This document shows, one piece after another, positions 6,899 to 16,193 of a stretch of 32,000 nucleotides of DNA. How positions within the stretch are numbered: position 1 is the stretch's first letter; every line of letters starts with the position of its first letter. The position numbers and the translations under genes were made by a program. A model generated the notes under the pieces. The model did not search any database and was not told where the DNA came from. It saw nothing but the letters and a program-made list of their open reading frames with translations. Source of the DNA: an archaeon GW2011_AR10 (GTDB lineage: Archaea > Iainarchaeota > Iainarchaeia > Iainarchaeales > GW2011-AR10); contig CP010424.1 of assembly GCA_000830275.1 (NCBI GenBank), positions 780,001-812,000 on the forward strand, given 5' to 3'.

Positions 6899-7620
6899 TG
6901 GGTAAGAGGTTGATTAGCCAGAAAAGGGGAAAGGGCAGCCCGACTTACACTGCAAACAAAGTGGGTGTTGCAGATATTTCCTACATTAACTTGGATGAAA
7001 AGCAGTTGAATAGTGCAGTTAAGGGGGAAGTGATTGAATTGGTAAATGACCCTGCCCGGTCAGCGGTTCTGGCAAAAGTTATTCTTGAAACCGGAAAACG
7101 CAGCTATGTTATTGCTGCTGAGGGACTGCGCGTTGGGCAGCAGATAAGCTTTGGCAAGAGCGCAGAAATTGAGGTGGGAAATGTCATCACTCTTGGTGAG
7201 TGCTTGGAGGGGTGCCCTATCTTCAACATTGAGGCAAAGCCGGGGGATGGCGGAAAATTCGTCAGGAGTTCCGGCGGCTATGCACTGATTGTAACTAAAG
7301 ACAAGCAGAATGTCTTTGTTAAGCTTTCATCCGGTAAAACCGTTTCTTTGAAGCCAAACTGCAGGGCTTCAATTGGAATTGCGGCAGGCGGGGGAAGGCC
7401 AGAGAAGCCTTTTGTGAAAGCAGGAAACAAGTTCAAGGCAATGAAGGCGAGAAACAAGTGGTATCCTAGGGTTAGAGGCGTTGCAATGAACGCAGTGGAT
7501 CATCCTTTCGGTGGAAGCCAGCATCATCCTGGAAAATCGAAATCTACTTCAAGGCATGCTCCTCCTGGAAGGAAAGTTGGAGCAATTGCTTCAAAGAGGA
7601 CTGGGAGAAAGAAGAAGTAA
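6898..7620 (+). CDS. rpl2: 50S ribosomal protein uL2
   Basis: ...VRGVAMNAVDHPFGGSQHHPGKSKSTSRHAPPGRKVG... TAATG overlap with L23. Confidence 0.96.
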   Translation: MGKRLISQKRGKGSPTYTANKVGVADISYINLDEKQLNSAVKGEVIELVNDPARSAVLAKVILETGKRSYVIAAEGLRVGQQISFGKSAEIEVGNVITLGECLEGCPIFNIEAKPGDGGKFVRSSGGYALIVTKDKQNVFVKLSSGKTVSLKPNCRASIGIAAGGGRPEKPFVKAGNKFKAMKARNKWYPRVRGVAMNAVDHPFGGSQHHPGKSKSTSRHAPPGRKVGAIASKRTGRKKK

Positions 7621-7636
7621 CAGGTGTGATAGAAAA

Positions 7637-8041
7637 ATGGCTAAACGAGAGTTCACTTTCAGGGGAAAAACCTTGCCAGAATTGCTGGAAATGGAGTTAA
7701 AGCAGTTCTCGGAAATTGCAGGAAGCAGGATTAGGAGAAGCATCTCAAGAGGGCTTAACGAGAAAGTGCTTAAAAGAGTCCAGAGAGCTAACGAGGAAAA
7801 GCGCGCTGGAAAGGAGCCTAGAATAATCAGAACTCAGAGCAGGGATTTCCCGGTTTTGCCTTCAATGATTGGGTTGAAGTTTGGCGTCCATAACGGAAAA
7901 GAGTTTCAGATTGTGCAGATTACGGAGAAAATGCTGGGGCATTATCTTGGGGAACTTGCGTTGACTAGGAAGAGGCTTATGCATGGAAAGGCAGGAATTG
8001 GTGCAACGAAGTCCAGCACCGCAATAACGGCTAGAGGTTAA
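7637..8041 (+). CDS. rps19: 30S ribosomal protein uS19
   Basis: MAKREFTFRGKTLPELLEM...IGLKFGVHNGKEF..V.I...MLGHYLGEL. ATG 7637 follows AGGTG (7622-7626). The track start at 7511 overlaps L2 and is rejected. Confidence 0.93.
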   Translation: MAKREFTFRGKTLPELLEMELKQFSEIAGSRIRRSISRGLNEKVLKRVQRANEEKRAGKEPRIIRTQSRDFPVLPSMIGLKFGVHNGKEFQIVQITEKMLGHYLGELALTRKRLMHGKAGIGATKSSTAITARG

Positions 8042-8045
8042 TGGC

Positions 8046-8516
8046 ATGGTTAAGAGAGCATTCCAAGTGCAGGCACTGCATGGCAAGAAGGTTGCAAGAG
8101 TTATTGCCAAAAACGCCCATGTTTCCTTAAAGTATTCAACGGAGTTGCTGAGAGAAATTAAAGGAATACGGGTTGACAGGGCGGAAAGGTTTTTGAATAA
8201 CATTTTGGAGGAAAAGGAATTCCTGCCTCTCAGGAAATATAAGAAGAAGGTAGGGCACAGGAAAGGTGCTTCGAAGAGTTTCACTAAAAGCGGGAGGTAT
8301 CCTAAAAGGCTTGCCAAGGTTTTCTTGAAGGCGCTGGAGGAATTGAAGAGCAATGCGGACTACAAGGGCCTTGACGCTGAAAACCTTTTGATTGTCCACG
8401 GCTTTGCCTCTCAGGGTTATGCAAGGATTTCATTTCAGAGCCAGGGAAGAATTTCGGGGAAGAGGAGAAAGAGGAAGGCAACGCACTTGGAGCTGATTGC
8501 AAGGGAGGCCTCTTGA
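8046..8516 (+). CDS. rpl22: 50S ribosomal protein uL22
   Basis: Position between S19 and S3; AKNAHVSLKYSTELLREIKGIRVDRAERFLNNIL. Confidence 0.9.
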   Translation: MVKRAFQVQALHGKKVARVIAKNAHVSLKYSTELLREIKGIRVDRAERFLNNILEEKEFLPLRKYKKKVGHRKGASKSFTKSGRYPKRLAKVFLKALEELKSNADYKGLDAENLLIVHGFASQGYARISFQSQGRISGKRRKRKATHLELIAREAS

Positions 8517-9476
8517 ATGATTGAGAAAACTTTTATTGAACAGGGGATTAAGAGATCGCAACTGGAAGAGTATCTCAGGAAAGAACTTGAAAAGGCAGGC
8601 TTCACCAAGTCAGATGTTGTTAAGACACCGCTTGTTACGAGGATTATTGTTAACGTTACTAGGCCCGGTCTTGCAATTGGAAAAAGCGGCCAGAACATCA
8701 GGCAGCTGACTGAAATGATTGAGTCAAAGTTTAAGATTGAAAACCCCCAAATTGAGATTAAGGAGATAACCGAGCCAAACCTTGACGCTATAGCGGTTGT
8801 CAACAAAGTTAAGGCATTAATTGAGAGAGGTTATAGCTGGAGGAGTGTTGCATACAAGGCAAGCCATGACATAATGAGTGCTGGTGCACAGGGAGTTGAC
8901 CTTGTCTTGGCTGGAAAACTAACAGGGAAAGGGGGCAGGAAGAGGAAACAGAGAATAGCTGAGGGGTACATGAAGAAGGTTGGGTTTCAGTCAAGCTGGG
9001 TTGACATGGCAAAGGCAACCGCTTACCCTAAGCCTGGTGCGATTGGAATAAAAGTAAGAATTGTGAGGCCCGGCATCGTGTTCCCTGACAAAATAGATGT
9101 AAAAAAATTGTTAGAGGATAGGAAGGCTAAAGAGGAAGAGAAAAAGGCTGATAGCGTAGAAGAAAAAACCGCTGAGAAAAAGGTGGAAGAAACAAGCGAG
9201 CAAAAGAAAGCTGAGAAAAAGGAGATTAAGGAGCCTGAAGAGAAGGAAGCCGGGGAAAAGAAGAAAGCGGAAAAAACAGGAAAACATGAAGAAAAGAAAG
9301 CCGGCAAAAAAGAAGAGAAACAGGAAGAAGCAGAAGAGCACCATAAAAAAGCGGAGAAAGCTGAAAACAAATCTTTTTCAACTGAAACAGGAAAGGGAAA
9401 GCAGAAAAAAGTTGAAGCGAAAGTAATTGCGGCGAAAGAAAAAAAAGGTGTTAAAGAGCACAAGGGCGGAAAGTGA
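8517..9476 (+). CDS. rps3: 30S ribosomal protein uS3, with a ~120-aa K/E-rich C-terminal extension
   Basis: KH-domain core ...RIIVNVTRPGLAIGKSGQNIRQL... and GVDLVLAGKLTGKGGRKRK. The tail starts at about residue 196. Confidence 0.94.
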   Translation: MIEKTFIEQGIKRSQLEEYLRKELEKAGFTKSDVVKTPLVTRIIVNVTRPGLAIGKSGQNIRQLTEMIESKFKIENPQIEIKEITEPNLDAIAVVNKVKALIERGYSWRSVAYKASHDIMSAGAQGVDLVLAGKLTGKGGRKRKQRIAEGYMKKVGFQSSWVDMAKATAYPKPGAIGIKVRIVRPGIVFPDKIDVKKLLEDRKAKEEEKKADSVEEKTAEKKVEETSEQKKAEKKEIKEPEEKEAGEKKKAEKTGKHEEKKAGKKEEKQEEAEEHHKKAEKAENKSFSTETGKGKQKKVEAKVIAAKEKKGVKEHKGGK

Positions 9477-9697
9477 GTTTTGTGGCAAAGAGTACTGCTG
9501 AATTAAGGGGTTTGTCTGTTCCAGAGCTTGAGGGAAGGCTAGTGGAAATAAAAAGTGATTTGGCCAGAGAGAGGGCCTTGATTGCTTCTGGTACAAGGGC
9601 GGAAAAGCCTTCAAAGATAAGGGGAATGAGGAGAATGGTTGCAAGGATTCTTACAATAATCAGTAATAAAAAAGCAGGGGTGAAAGTGCTTAAATGA
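9473..9697 (+). CDS. rpl29: 50S ribosomal protein uL29
   Basis: ...TAELRGLSVPELEGRLVEIKSDLARERA... GTG start at 9473 overlaps the S3 stop; an alternative GTG is at 9482. Confidence 0.88.
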   Translation: MSFVAKSTAELRGLSVPELEGRLVEIKSDLARERALIASGTRAEKPSKIRGMRRMVARILTIISNKKAGVKVLK

Positions 9698-9999
9698 TTG
9701 AGGGCATCTGTGAAATGTGTGGGCTGCCCAAAAACCTGTGTGTTTGCGGTGAAATATCAAAGGAAACACAGAAAATAAAAATAAGAGCAGTTAAGAGAAG
9801 GTTTGGAAAGATGGTGACATTGGTTATGGGAGTTGAAGACGTTAAGGAAGCCAAGGAGCTGGCAAAGGCCCTTAAGAGAAAGCTTGCATGCGGTGGAACA
9901 ACGCGCGGCACGGAAATTGAACTTCAAGGAGAGCACTTGAAGAGAGTCAAAGAAGTTTTGCTCCAAGAAGGTTACAAGGAGGAATTAATTGATGCTTAA
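9694..9999 (+). CDS. Translation initiation factor aSUI1 (eIF1 family)
   Basis: N-terminal Cys knuckle CEMCGLPKNLCVCG, then IKIRAVKRRFGKMVTLVMG...LKRKLACGGT. ATGA overlap with L29. Confidence 0.9.
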   Translation: MIEGICEMCGLPKNLCVCGEISKETQKIKIRAVKRRFGKMVTLVMGVEDVKEAKELAKALKRKLACGGTTRGTEIELQGEHLKRVKEVLLQEGYKEELIDA

Positions 10000-10294
10000 G
10001 GGAAACGGTTACTGTATTTCAAAGCAGAATATTTTGGTGCATGAGTTGATTGGATTGAATGTAAGGGTTGTTGGGGGCACTGATGCAAGCAGAAACAGGT
10101 TAACCGGCAAAGTAGTGGATGAGTCAAAGAACCTGCTTGTTGTTGAGTCAAGTAATGGAATAAAAAAAATCCCAAAAAAAGAGGCAGTATTCTGTTTCAG
10201 GCTGGGAAAGAGCAGTGTTAGGGTTGATGGTTCGAGTATTTGTTTTAGGCCGGAGGACAGAACAAGGGTTTTCTGGAGGAAAGTGAATGGATAA
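9992..10294 (+). CDS. rnp1: RNase P protein component 1 (Rpp29/Pop4 family)
   Basis: [36 protein letters not shown]...FRPEDR at the conserved position before S17. AGGAGG (9978-9983) precedes ATG 9992. Confidence 0.88.
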   Translation: MLKGNGYCISKQNILVHELIGLNVRVVGGTDASRNRLTGKVVDESKNLLVVESSNGIKKIPKKEAVFCFRLGKSSVRVDGSSICFRPEDRTRVFWRKVNG

Positions 10295-10595
10295 AAGCGA
10301 TAAAAAGAAAAAGCCGCAGAAGCTCGGGTTAAGTACAAGGGGAAATGTTTTCACTGGCAAGGTTGTTAGTGACAAAGCCCCAAAGACAGTCATTGTTGAA
10401 AGAAGCATTACTCACTACATTCCAAAGTATGAGAGATACAAGAAGGTAAAGTCTAGGATTGCTGCACATAACCCCGAGTGGATTAACGCAAAGGTTGGAG
10501 ACATTGTAACAATTGCTGAAACAAGGAAGATTAGCAAGACAAAGAGTTTTGTTGTGACTAGCATTGAGTCTGGTGATAGAAATGAAAGCAATTAA
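10287..10595 (+). CDS. rps17: 30S ribosomal protein uS17
   Basis: ...[40 protein letters not shown]...[19 protein letters not shown]. Confidence 0.93.
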   Translation: MDKSDKKKKPQKLGLSTRGNVFTGKVVSDKAPKTVIVERSITHYIPKYERYKKVKSRIAAHNPEWINAKVGDIVTIAETRKISKTKSFVVTSIESGDRNESN

Positions 10596-10983
10596 TGCAA
10601 GGAAGCCTACTAAAACACTGATACTGAACACGCACTGTGTCTGCGCTGACAACAGCGGTGCAAAGGAGGTTTACATAATCAGCGTTTTTGGATTCAAGGG
10701 CAAGAAGAGAATGAATCCAAAGGCAGGAATCGCTGACTTGGTAAATGTTGTTGTAAGCAAGGGAAAGCCTGAAATGAGATCTAAGATTGAGAGAGCAGTA
10801 ATTGTCAGGACAAAAAAAGAGTACAGGAGAAGCGATGGCACTAGAATAAAGTTTGACGAGAACGCAGTTGTTTTGGTGGACGAGAAAGGATTGCCTAAGG
10901 CGTCTGAAGCAAAAGGAGTTGTTGCAAAGGAAGTTGGGGAGCGCTGGCCAAAAGTGGCTGGTATTGCTTCCTCGGTAATTTGA
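10582..10983 (+). CDS. rpl14: 50S ribosomal protein uL14
   Basis: [29 protein letters not shown]... ATG 10582 follows GGTGA (10572-10576). The track start at 10564 is less likely. Confidence 0.93.
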   Translation: MKAINARKPTKTLILNTHCVCADNSGAKEVYIISVFGFKGKKRMNPKAGIADLVNVVVSKGKPEMRSKIERAVIVRTKKEYRRSDGTRIKFDENAVVLVDEKGLPKASEAKGVVAKEVGERWPKVAGIASSVI

Positions 10984-10992
10984 GGTGATGGT

Positions 10993-11451
10993 ATGACAAG
11001 CGTTAAGCCTGGAAAACAGTTGGACAAAGGCATTTCTGCGCCACTTCATTCGCTTCAGAAAATGTTTTCAGTGCACCTCTCCAAAGACCTCAGAAAAGAG
11101 CTTGGGAAAAGGGCCTTGGAAGTTAGGAAGGAAGACACTGTTAAGGTTGTTAGAGGCGGCTTTAAGGGCAAAACAGGAAAAGTTGCAAGAGTTAACAGGA
11201 GGAAAATCCAGGCGTTTATTGAAAAGCTTTCGAGGAAGAAATCTGATGGCACAGAGGTGTTAGTGCCTTTCAGGCCATCAAACTTGGTTTTGATTGACAT
11301 TTACAGGAAAGACGGGAGACGGTTTAAGGGAAAGAAAATTAAGGAAAAGGAAGGGAAAGATGTTGCAGCAACAGAAAAAATAGGGGAAAAAAAGAAGAAG
11401 GCAGCAGAAACAGGTAAAAAAGGTAAAGACGAAGCAAAAAAGAAAAAGTAA
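10993..11451 (+). CDS. rpl24: 50S ribosomal protein uL24, with a K-rich C-terminal tail
   Basis: KOW-type core EVRKEDTVKVVRGGFKGKTGKVARVNRRK; position after L14. Confidence 0.92.
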   Translation: MTSVKPGKQLDKGISAPLHSLQKMFSVHLSKDLRKELGKRALEVRKEDTVKVVRGGFKGKTGKVARVNRRKIQAFIEKLSRKKSDGTEVLVPFRPSNLVLIDIYRKDGRRFKGKKIKEKEGKDVAATEKIGEKKKKAAETGKKGKDEAKKKK

Positions 11452-11469
11452 TGGGAAGGAGCGGTTTGA

Positions 11470-12207
11470 ATGGCTAAAAAGGGAGAGAGAAAACAGCAGA
11501 AAAGAATGTCAGTTGAAAGCGTGAGAAAACTGGCGAAAAAAGAAGCAGTTTTCACTTTGAGGAGCAGGGCTGGACCTCATTCGAAGAGCACTTCAGTTCC
11601 TTTGGGTTTTGCGTTAAGGGATTTGATGGGTTTAACTAGAACTTCCAGGGAGACACGGATTTTGCTGATGCAGAACGGAGTCATTGTGAACGGAACTGTT
11701 AGGAAAAATGCGAGTTTTCCTGTCGGGTTGTTTGACTTGGTGGATGTCATGCAGTTGAAGAAAAGGTTCAGGGCGATTTTTGACCGAAAGGGAAGAATTG
11801 AATTCATTGAAGCAGACTTCAAGCAGAAGCCTGTGAAGCTTTCCAGAATTGTTGGAAAGAAAACCGTGAAGAGTGGAATAATTCAGCTTGCAACAAATGA
11901 TGGTTTTGTCCTAAAGGAAAAGAAGACCAACATCAGAGTTGGTGACACTGTCAGGATTTCGCTTCCTGACAAAAAGATTGAGGAAAGCTATGAATTGAAG
12001 GAAGGAAACACTGCGTTCATTGTCGGGGGTGTTAGGGCTGGTGCGATTGCAAGAATAAAAGAAATCATTCCGGGCACAATTAGGAAGCCGAAGCTTATAA
12101 GGTTGGAACAAGGCAGCGAAGTTTTTGAAACGGTTGACAGAAACGTGTTTATTGTAGGAAGAAAGGAGCCGGCAATCGACATAACGGTTGGGGGTGCAAA
12201 GAAATGA
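11470..12207 (+). CDS. rps4e: 30S ribosomal protein eS4
   Basis: 245 aa; ...AGPHSKSTSVPLGFALRDLMGL...TSRETRILLMQNGVIVNG...; conserved position. Confidence 0.93.
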   Translation: MAKKGERKQQKRMSVESVRKLAKKEAVFTLRSRAGPHSKSTSVPLGFALRDLMGLTRTSRETRILLMQNGVIVNGTVRKNASFPVGLFDLVDVMQLKKRFRAIFDRKGRIEFIEADFKQKPVKLSRIVGKKTVKSGIIQLATNDGFVLKEKKTNIRVGDTVRISLPDKKIEESYELKEGNTAFIVGGVRAGAIARIKEIIPGTIRKPKLIRLEQGSEVFETVDRNVFIVGRKEPAIDITVGGAKK

Positions 12208-12710
12208 ATGTTATGAGGCGCATTGAAGTGGAGAAGGTAACCGTTAACATGGGTGTTGGGCAGGCAGGCGAAGAGCTGGAGAAAGCAATAACAATTCTGA
12301 ATAGCATAACAAGTGCGAAGCCGGTTAAAACCATTTCAAAGATTAGGCAGCCAACGTGGGGAATAAGGCTGGGTCTCACAATTGGAACAAAGACCACTCT
12401 GCGGAAAGACAAGGCTGAGAAATTCCTTAAGGAAGCCTTGGCTGCTAAAGACAATGCCATTGAAAGCAAGAACTTTGACAACCAAGGAAACTTTGGTTTT
12501 GGGATCCGGGAACACATCGACTTGGCTAAAGTGAAGTATGACCCGAAGCTTGGCATTCGAGGTTTTGACGTGTTGGTTACGCTTAAGAGACCCGGCTACA
12601 GGGTGAAAAGGAGAAAGATTGACAAGAGAAGAATTCCGTTGAAGCATGTGATTCCAAGGGAGGAAGCAATTGAGTTTGTAAAACAAAAGTTCGGGGTAGT
12701 GGTGGAATGA
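12204..12710 (+). CDS. rpl5: 50S ribosomal protein uL5
   Basis: [18 protein letters not shown]...[13 protein letters not shown]...[12 protein letters not shown]. Confidence 0.94.
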   Translation: MNVMRRIEVEKVTVNMGVGQAGEELEKAITILNSITSAKPVKTISKIRQPTWGIRLGLTIGTKTTLRKDKAEKFLKEALAAKDNAIESKNFDNQGNFGFGIREHIDLAKVKYDPKLGIRGFDVLVTLKRPGYRVKRRKIDKRRIPLKHVIPREEAIEFVKQKFGVVVE

Positions 12711-12859
12711 GACACGAGCTTACTAGGAAGAAGCGGGGGCAGAGAAAATGCAAGAAGTGTGGAAACAACAAGGGGCTCATAAGAAAGTACAACTTGTACT
12801 TATGCAGGAGATGCTTTAGAGAGGAAGCCGCCCTGATAGGGTTCAAGAAGTATAGTTAG
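12707..12859 (+). CDS. rps14: 30S ribosomal protein uS14 (short Zn-ribbon type, 50 aa), not in the supplied ORF track
   Basis: Hand translation: [50 protein letters not shown], with CxxC...CxxC. ATGA overlap with L5. Canonical slot between L5 and S8. Confidence 0.9.
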   Translation: MRHELTRKKRGQRKCKKCGNNKGLIRKYNLYLCRRCFREEAALIGFKKYS

Positions 12860-12868
12860 GTGATTGTT

Positions 12869-13261
12869 ATGGTGAGAATCGATCCTTTGGCTGACGCGCT
12901 CATAAACATTAAAAATAACGAGAATGCTTCAAAGAAAGCCTGTAATGTCAGGCCTGCTTCAAAGCTTCTTGGCGAAGTGCTCAGGGTAATGCAGGAGCAA
13001 AAGTACATTTCCACGTACGAGTTAATCGATGACGGAAGGGAAGGAATCTTTAAAATCGAGCTTCTTGGAAAAATAAACGAGTGCAAGGCAATTAAGCCTC
13101 GTTATCCTGTGAAGAGCAGCGGATTTGAAAAGTATGAAATGCGGTATTTGCCTGCAAGGAATGTAGGAATGATTATTGTCACAACATCTGAGGGAGTGAT
13201 GAGCCACAAGGACGCCAAGGAAAAGTATCTCGGCGGCAGGCTCCTGGCTTACGTTTACTGA
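12869..13261 (+). CDS. rps8: 30S ribosomal protein uS8
   Basis: [22 protein letters not shown]... AGGTGA (12858-12863) precedes ATG 12869. The track GTG at 12860 is less likely. Confidence 0.93.
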   Translation: MVRIDPLADALINIKNNENASKKACNVRPASKLLGEVLRVMQEQKYISTYELIDDGREGIFKIELLGKINECKAIKPRYPVKSSGFEKYEMRYLPARNVGMIIVTTSEGVMSHKDAKEKYLGGRLLAYVY

Positions 13262-13275
13262 TTTAGGTGAATGAA

Positions 13276-13845
13276 ATGAATGCTTTAGTGGAAAAAGTTG
13301 TTGAGCTGCCTAAGGAAATTGAAATGGACGTAAAGAGGAACAGAGTAAAAATGAAACTGCATGGAAAAGAAATTGAAAGAAAGTTCAAGGTAAAGCACAT
13401 TAGTATTGAGAAAAAGGACAGTTCAGTGCTAATTAAAGCTGACAGTGATAAAAAGAGTGTTCTCTCAATAATGAACACTATTTCATCTGACTTGGACAAC
13501 ATGGCGAACGGGTTGAAGTTTGGCTATGAGTGCAAGGCGGAAATTGTTTACAGTCATTTTCCTATGAACATTGCAGTAAAAGACGTGGTTGTTGAAATAA
13601 ATAATTTGGCTGGAGCAAAGCAAGCGAAGAAAGCGCAAATTGTAGGCCTCACCACTGTTCAAGTTAAGGGAAAGGAAATAACAATTAAGGGTCCTGACAA
13701 GCAGGCCGTGGGGCAAACTGCTGCAAACCTTGAACAGGCGACAAAAATCAAGAACAAGGATGTCAGGGTTTTTCAGGACGGGATTTACATTATTTCAAAG
13801 CCAAAGCTTGTAATGCAGGCGGCAGATGGTGAAAAGAGTGCCTAA
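13276..13845 (+). CDS. rpl6: 50S ribosomal protein uL6
   Basis: Position after S8; two-domain L6-like sequence. AGGTGA (13265-13270) precedes ATG 13276; the track GTG at 13267 is possible. Confidence 0.9.
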   Translation: MNALVEKVVELPKEIEMDVKRNRVKMKLHGKEIERKFKVKHISIEKKDSSVLIKADSDKKSVLSIMNTISSDLDNMANGLKFGYECKAEIVYSHFPMNIAVKDVVVEINNLAGAKQAKKAQIVGLTTVQVKGKEITIKGPDKQAVGQTAANLEQATKIKNKDVRVFQDGIYIISKPKLVMQAADGEKSA

Positions 13846-14512
13846 GGAAGCAAGAAAACCTGAAAAACTAAACAAAAAAAACGGCAAAGGAAAAAAGGCC
13901 GCAGAAACTAAGAGTGGACAGGCCGCTTCAAAAGCAACTGAAGCAGTGGAAAAAAAGGGTTTGCAGGCTGCTTTAAAGAAAGAGAAAACTGAAGCAAAAG
14001 TGGGGGGCAATGCAAAAATAACAGGAAAAGTTTTGGGAAAATCAGAACAACCAACAAAAAAAGCAGGAACCGTGGAAGTGAAAAAAGAGCCAGTTAAAGG
14101 GGAAAAGAAGGTTAAAAGAAGCAAGAATGAGAATGAGAGAAAGCTTGAAAAATTAAGGGAGGCGTTGAAGAAAAAGTCGCTTCCGGTTTTTAGGGGCCGG
14201 TTCGGCAAAAGGCAGACAAGGAGGAAAGGCAACAAGAAGTGGCAGAAATGGAGAAAACCCAGAGGACTTGATATTCTCTTCAAAAGAGATGATGGCGCTT
14301 TGCCGCGAACCGGCTATAAGCTGCCTAAAAGGATTCGTTTCCTGCACCCTTCCGGGTTTAGGGAAGCAATGGTGTTCTCTGAAAAAGACCTTGCAGGAAT
14401 CATGCCTGGAACAGGAATTGCTGTAAGGGTTAAGGCGAACATTGGAAGGGCAAAACGAAAGCAGATTGTTAGGAAGGCACTGGAAATGAGCTTGAAGGTG
14501 TTGAACCCATGA
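13826..14512 (+). CDS. rpl32e: 50S ribosomal protein eL32, with a ~100-aa K-rich N-terminal extension
   Basis: Core KKKSLPVFRGRFGKRQTRRKGNKKWQKWRKPRGLD...GYKLPKRIRFLHPSGF. Confidence 0.9.
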   Translation: MVKRVPKEARKPEKLNKKNGKGKKAAETKSGQAASKATEAVEKKGLQAALKKEKTEAKVGGNAKITGKVLGKSEQPTKKAGTVEVKKEPVKGEKKVKRSKNENERKLEKLREALKKKSLPVFRGRFGKRQTRRKGNKKWQKWRKPRGLDILFKRDDGALPRTGYKLPKRIRFLHPSGFREAMVFSEKDLAGIMPGTGIAVRVKANIGRAKRKQIVRKALEMSLKVLNP

Positions 14513-14949
14513 AGGCAGAGAAGGCAAGGAAAGCTGCAGCACAACTGCTTAAGACCGGCAAAAGCAAAATCTGGATTGACCAGTCTGCATGGCAGAAGAT
14601 AAAAGAGGCCATGACTAAAGAGGATTTAAGGAACCTCATTCGAGATGGAATTGTGAAGAAAAAGAAGGAAAACCAGCAAAGCCGGGCACGAGCTAGGATT
14701 CTTCATGAGAAAAAAAAGAAAAGAAGGAAGACCGGGGAAGGAAAAAGAACCGGCTCAAAGAAGGCGAGGACAAGCAAAAAGAAGAAGTGGATGAGAACAG
14801 TAAGGGCTCAGAGAAGTAAGCTGATTGAACTCAAAAACAGCAAAGTAGAGCTGAAAATTCCTTACAGGAAAGCATATGAGATGATTAAGGGAAACTTTTT
14901 TAGGGGAAAAAAGCACTTGGAGGCAGCATTAACGGGGGCTAAGAAATGA
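14509..14949 (+). CDS. rpl19e: 50S ribosomal protein eL19
   Basis: ...AAQLLKTGKSKIWIDQSA...IRDGIVKKKK..QQSRARAR....KKKRRKTGEGKRTG. Confidence 0.93.
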   Translation: MKAEKARKAAAQLLKTGKSKIWIDQSAWQKIKEAMTKEDLRNLIRDGIVKKKKENQQSRARARILHEKKKKRRKTGEGKRTGSKKARTSKKKKWMRTVRAQRSKLIELKNSKVELKIPYRKAYEMIKGNFFRGKKHLEAALTGAKK

Positions 14950-15461
14950 CCAGTGTTTCAACCTATGAAACGCCATTCAAGCGAAGGATTAACTCTAAGA
15001 CAAACTATAAGAAAAGGTTAGCCCTACTTAGGTCAAACCTTCCAAGGCTTGTTGTAAGAAAATCCAACAAAAAAGTGCTGGTTCAGATAATTGAGTACAA
15101 TGTTTCAGGAGACAAAACAATTGTTTCAGCTGACAGTAGGGAGCTTAAAAAGTTCGGGTGGACGCTTAACACAAGAAACACTCCGAGCGCTTACTTGGCT
15201 GGACTGCTCTGCGGTCTTAAGGCGAAAGAAAAGAAAATAGTTGAGGTTGTTTTGGATATTGGCTTGAACAGTTCTGTTCACGGCTCAGTTGTTTTCAGTG
15301 TGCTTAAGGGCGCAATTGATGCTGGATTAAAATCAAAAAGCAGTGATGTGGTTTTCCCGGTTGACGAAAGAATTAAGGGGAAACACTTGGGCGAGGAAAC
15401 AGTCAAGCAGTTTGAGAAAGTGAAAGCGGAGTTAAGCAAAAAGTTTGGTGATAGGAAATGA
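14946..15461 (+). CDS. rpl18: 50S ribosomal protein uL18
   Basis: ...NYKKRLALLRSNLPRLVVRKSNKKVLVQIIEY...; ATGA overlap. Confidence 0.93.
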   Translation: MTSVSTYETPFKRRINSKTNYKKRLALLRSNLPRLVVRKSNKKVLVQIIEYNVSGDKTIVSADSRELKKFGWTLNTRNTPSAYLAGLLCGLKAKEKKIVEVVLDIGLNSSVHGSVVFSVLKGAIDAGLKSKSSDVVFPVDERIKGKHLGEETVKQFEKVKAELSKKFGDRK

Positions 15462-16189
15462 GGGGAAAGGGCGTGAAAAGTGAAAGAAAGAGGCTTGGCA
15501 GAAAAGAGAAAATGACAGAGGAAGAGCGAAGACTGAATGCTGCAGAGGAAACCGAGAAGAGGCTTGCTGAATGGATTCCAAAGACAACAGCAGGAAAAAT
15601 GGTTAAGAACGGGGAAATCGAGTCTCTTGACCAGTTTTTTGAGAGGAACCTGAACGTTATGGAACCAGAAATTGTTGACATGCTTTTGCCTGACCTTGAG
15701 GAAAAGCTCGTTGATTTCCATAAGACAGCAAAGGTGCGGCGTTCCGGCAGGCAGTTTTCCTTCAGGGCTACTGTGCTTGTGGGGGATAAAAACAGTTACA
15801 TTGGCGTTGGAACTGGAAAGGACAGGGAGCGTTTTCCTGCAACGAGAAAGGCTGCAAGGAATGCAAAGCTTAACTTGGTGAAGGTACGGAAGGGCTGCGG
15901 CAGTTGGCAGTGTGGCTGCCAGGAAACTCATTCAATTCCGTTCAAAGTTAGCGGAAAGAGTTCATCTGTTAGGGTTGTACTTTTGCCTGCGCCAAAGGGA
16001 ACAGAGCTTGTGGTTGGAAACAACATAAAGGACGTAATGATTTTGTCAGGAATTAAGGATGTGTGGTCCAAGAGTTCAGGCAACACTGGCAGCAAGCTTG
16101 ACTTTGTTGCTGCAACAATTGACGCTTTAAGGAACACCACAAAGAAGCGTTTGTCTGAGGACATAGTTAAACAGGCTACAAGAAAGTGA
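15458..16189 (+). CDS. rps5: 30S ribosomal protein uS5
   Basis: EWIPKT..GKMVKNGEI...RRSGRQFSFRATVLVGDKNSYIGVGTGK...LLPAPKGTELV. Confidence 0.94.
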   Translation: MRGKGVKSERKRLGRKEKMTEEERRLNAAEETEKRLAEWIPKTTAGKMVKNGEIESLDQFFERNLNVMEPEIVDMLLPDLEEKLVDFHKTAKVRRSGRQFSFRATVLVGDKNSYIGVGTGKDRERFPATRKAARNAKLNLVKVRKGCGSWQCGCQETHSIPFKVSGKSSSVRVVLLPAPKGTELVVGNNIKDVMILSGIKDVWSKSSGNTGSKLDFVAATIDALRNTTKKRLSEDIVKQATRK

Positions 16190-16193
16190 TGAA

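Noticed and set aside
7511-7636. Upstream extensions of track ORFs: the uS19 start at 7511, the eL18 start at 22200, and the 5' extra codons of uL14, uS8, uL6, RpoD, Rpp29 and L7Ae.
   Set aside because: The extensions overlap the preceding gene, or the tRNA in the case of 22200-22280. They lack similarity to the protein families. Internal ATG codons with well-spaced GGAGG/AGGTGA sites match the conserved N-termini.
9023-9463. Long minus-strand ORFs opposite r-protein genes. Examples are 9023-9463, 13795-14283, 5834-6511, 15278-15931, 10558-11049, 589-1215 and 938-1420.
   Set aside because: All lie antisense to confidently identified + strand genes. Their products are Phe/Ser/Leu/Cys-rich low-complexity strings, as expected from the reverse complement of GAA/AAG/AAA-rich codons. 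None has a start context or a recognisable family.
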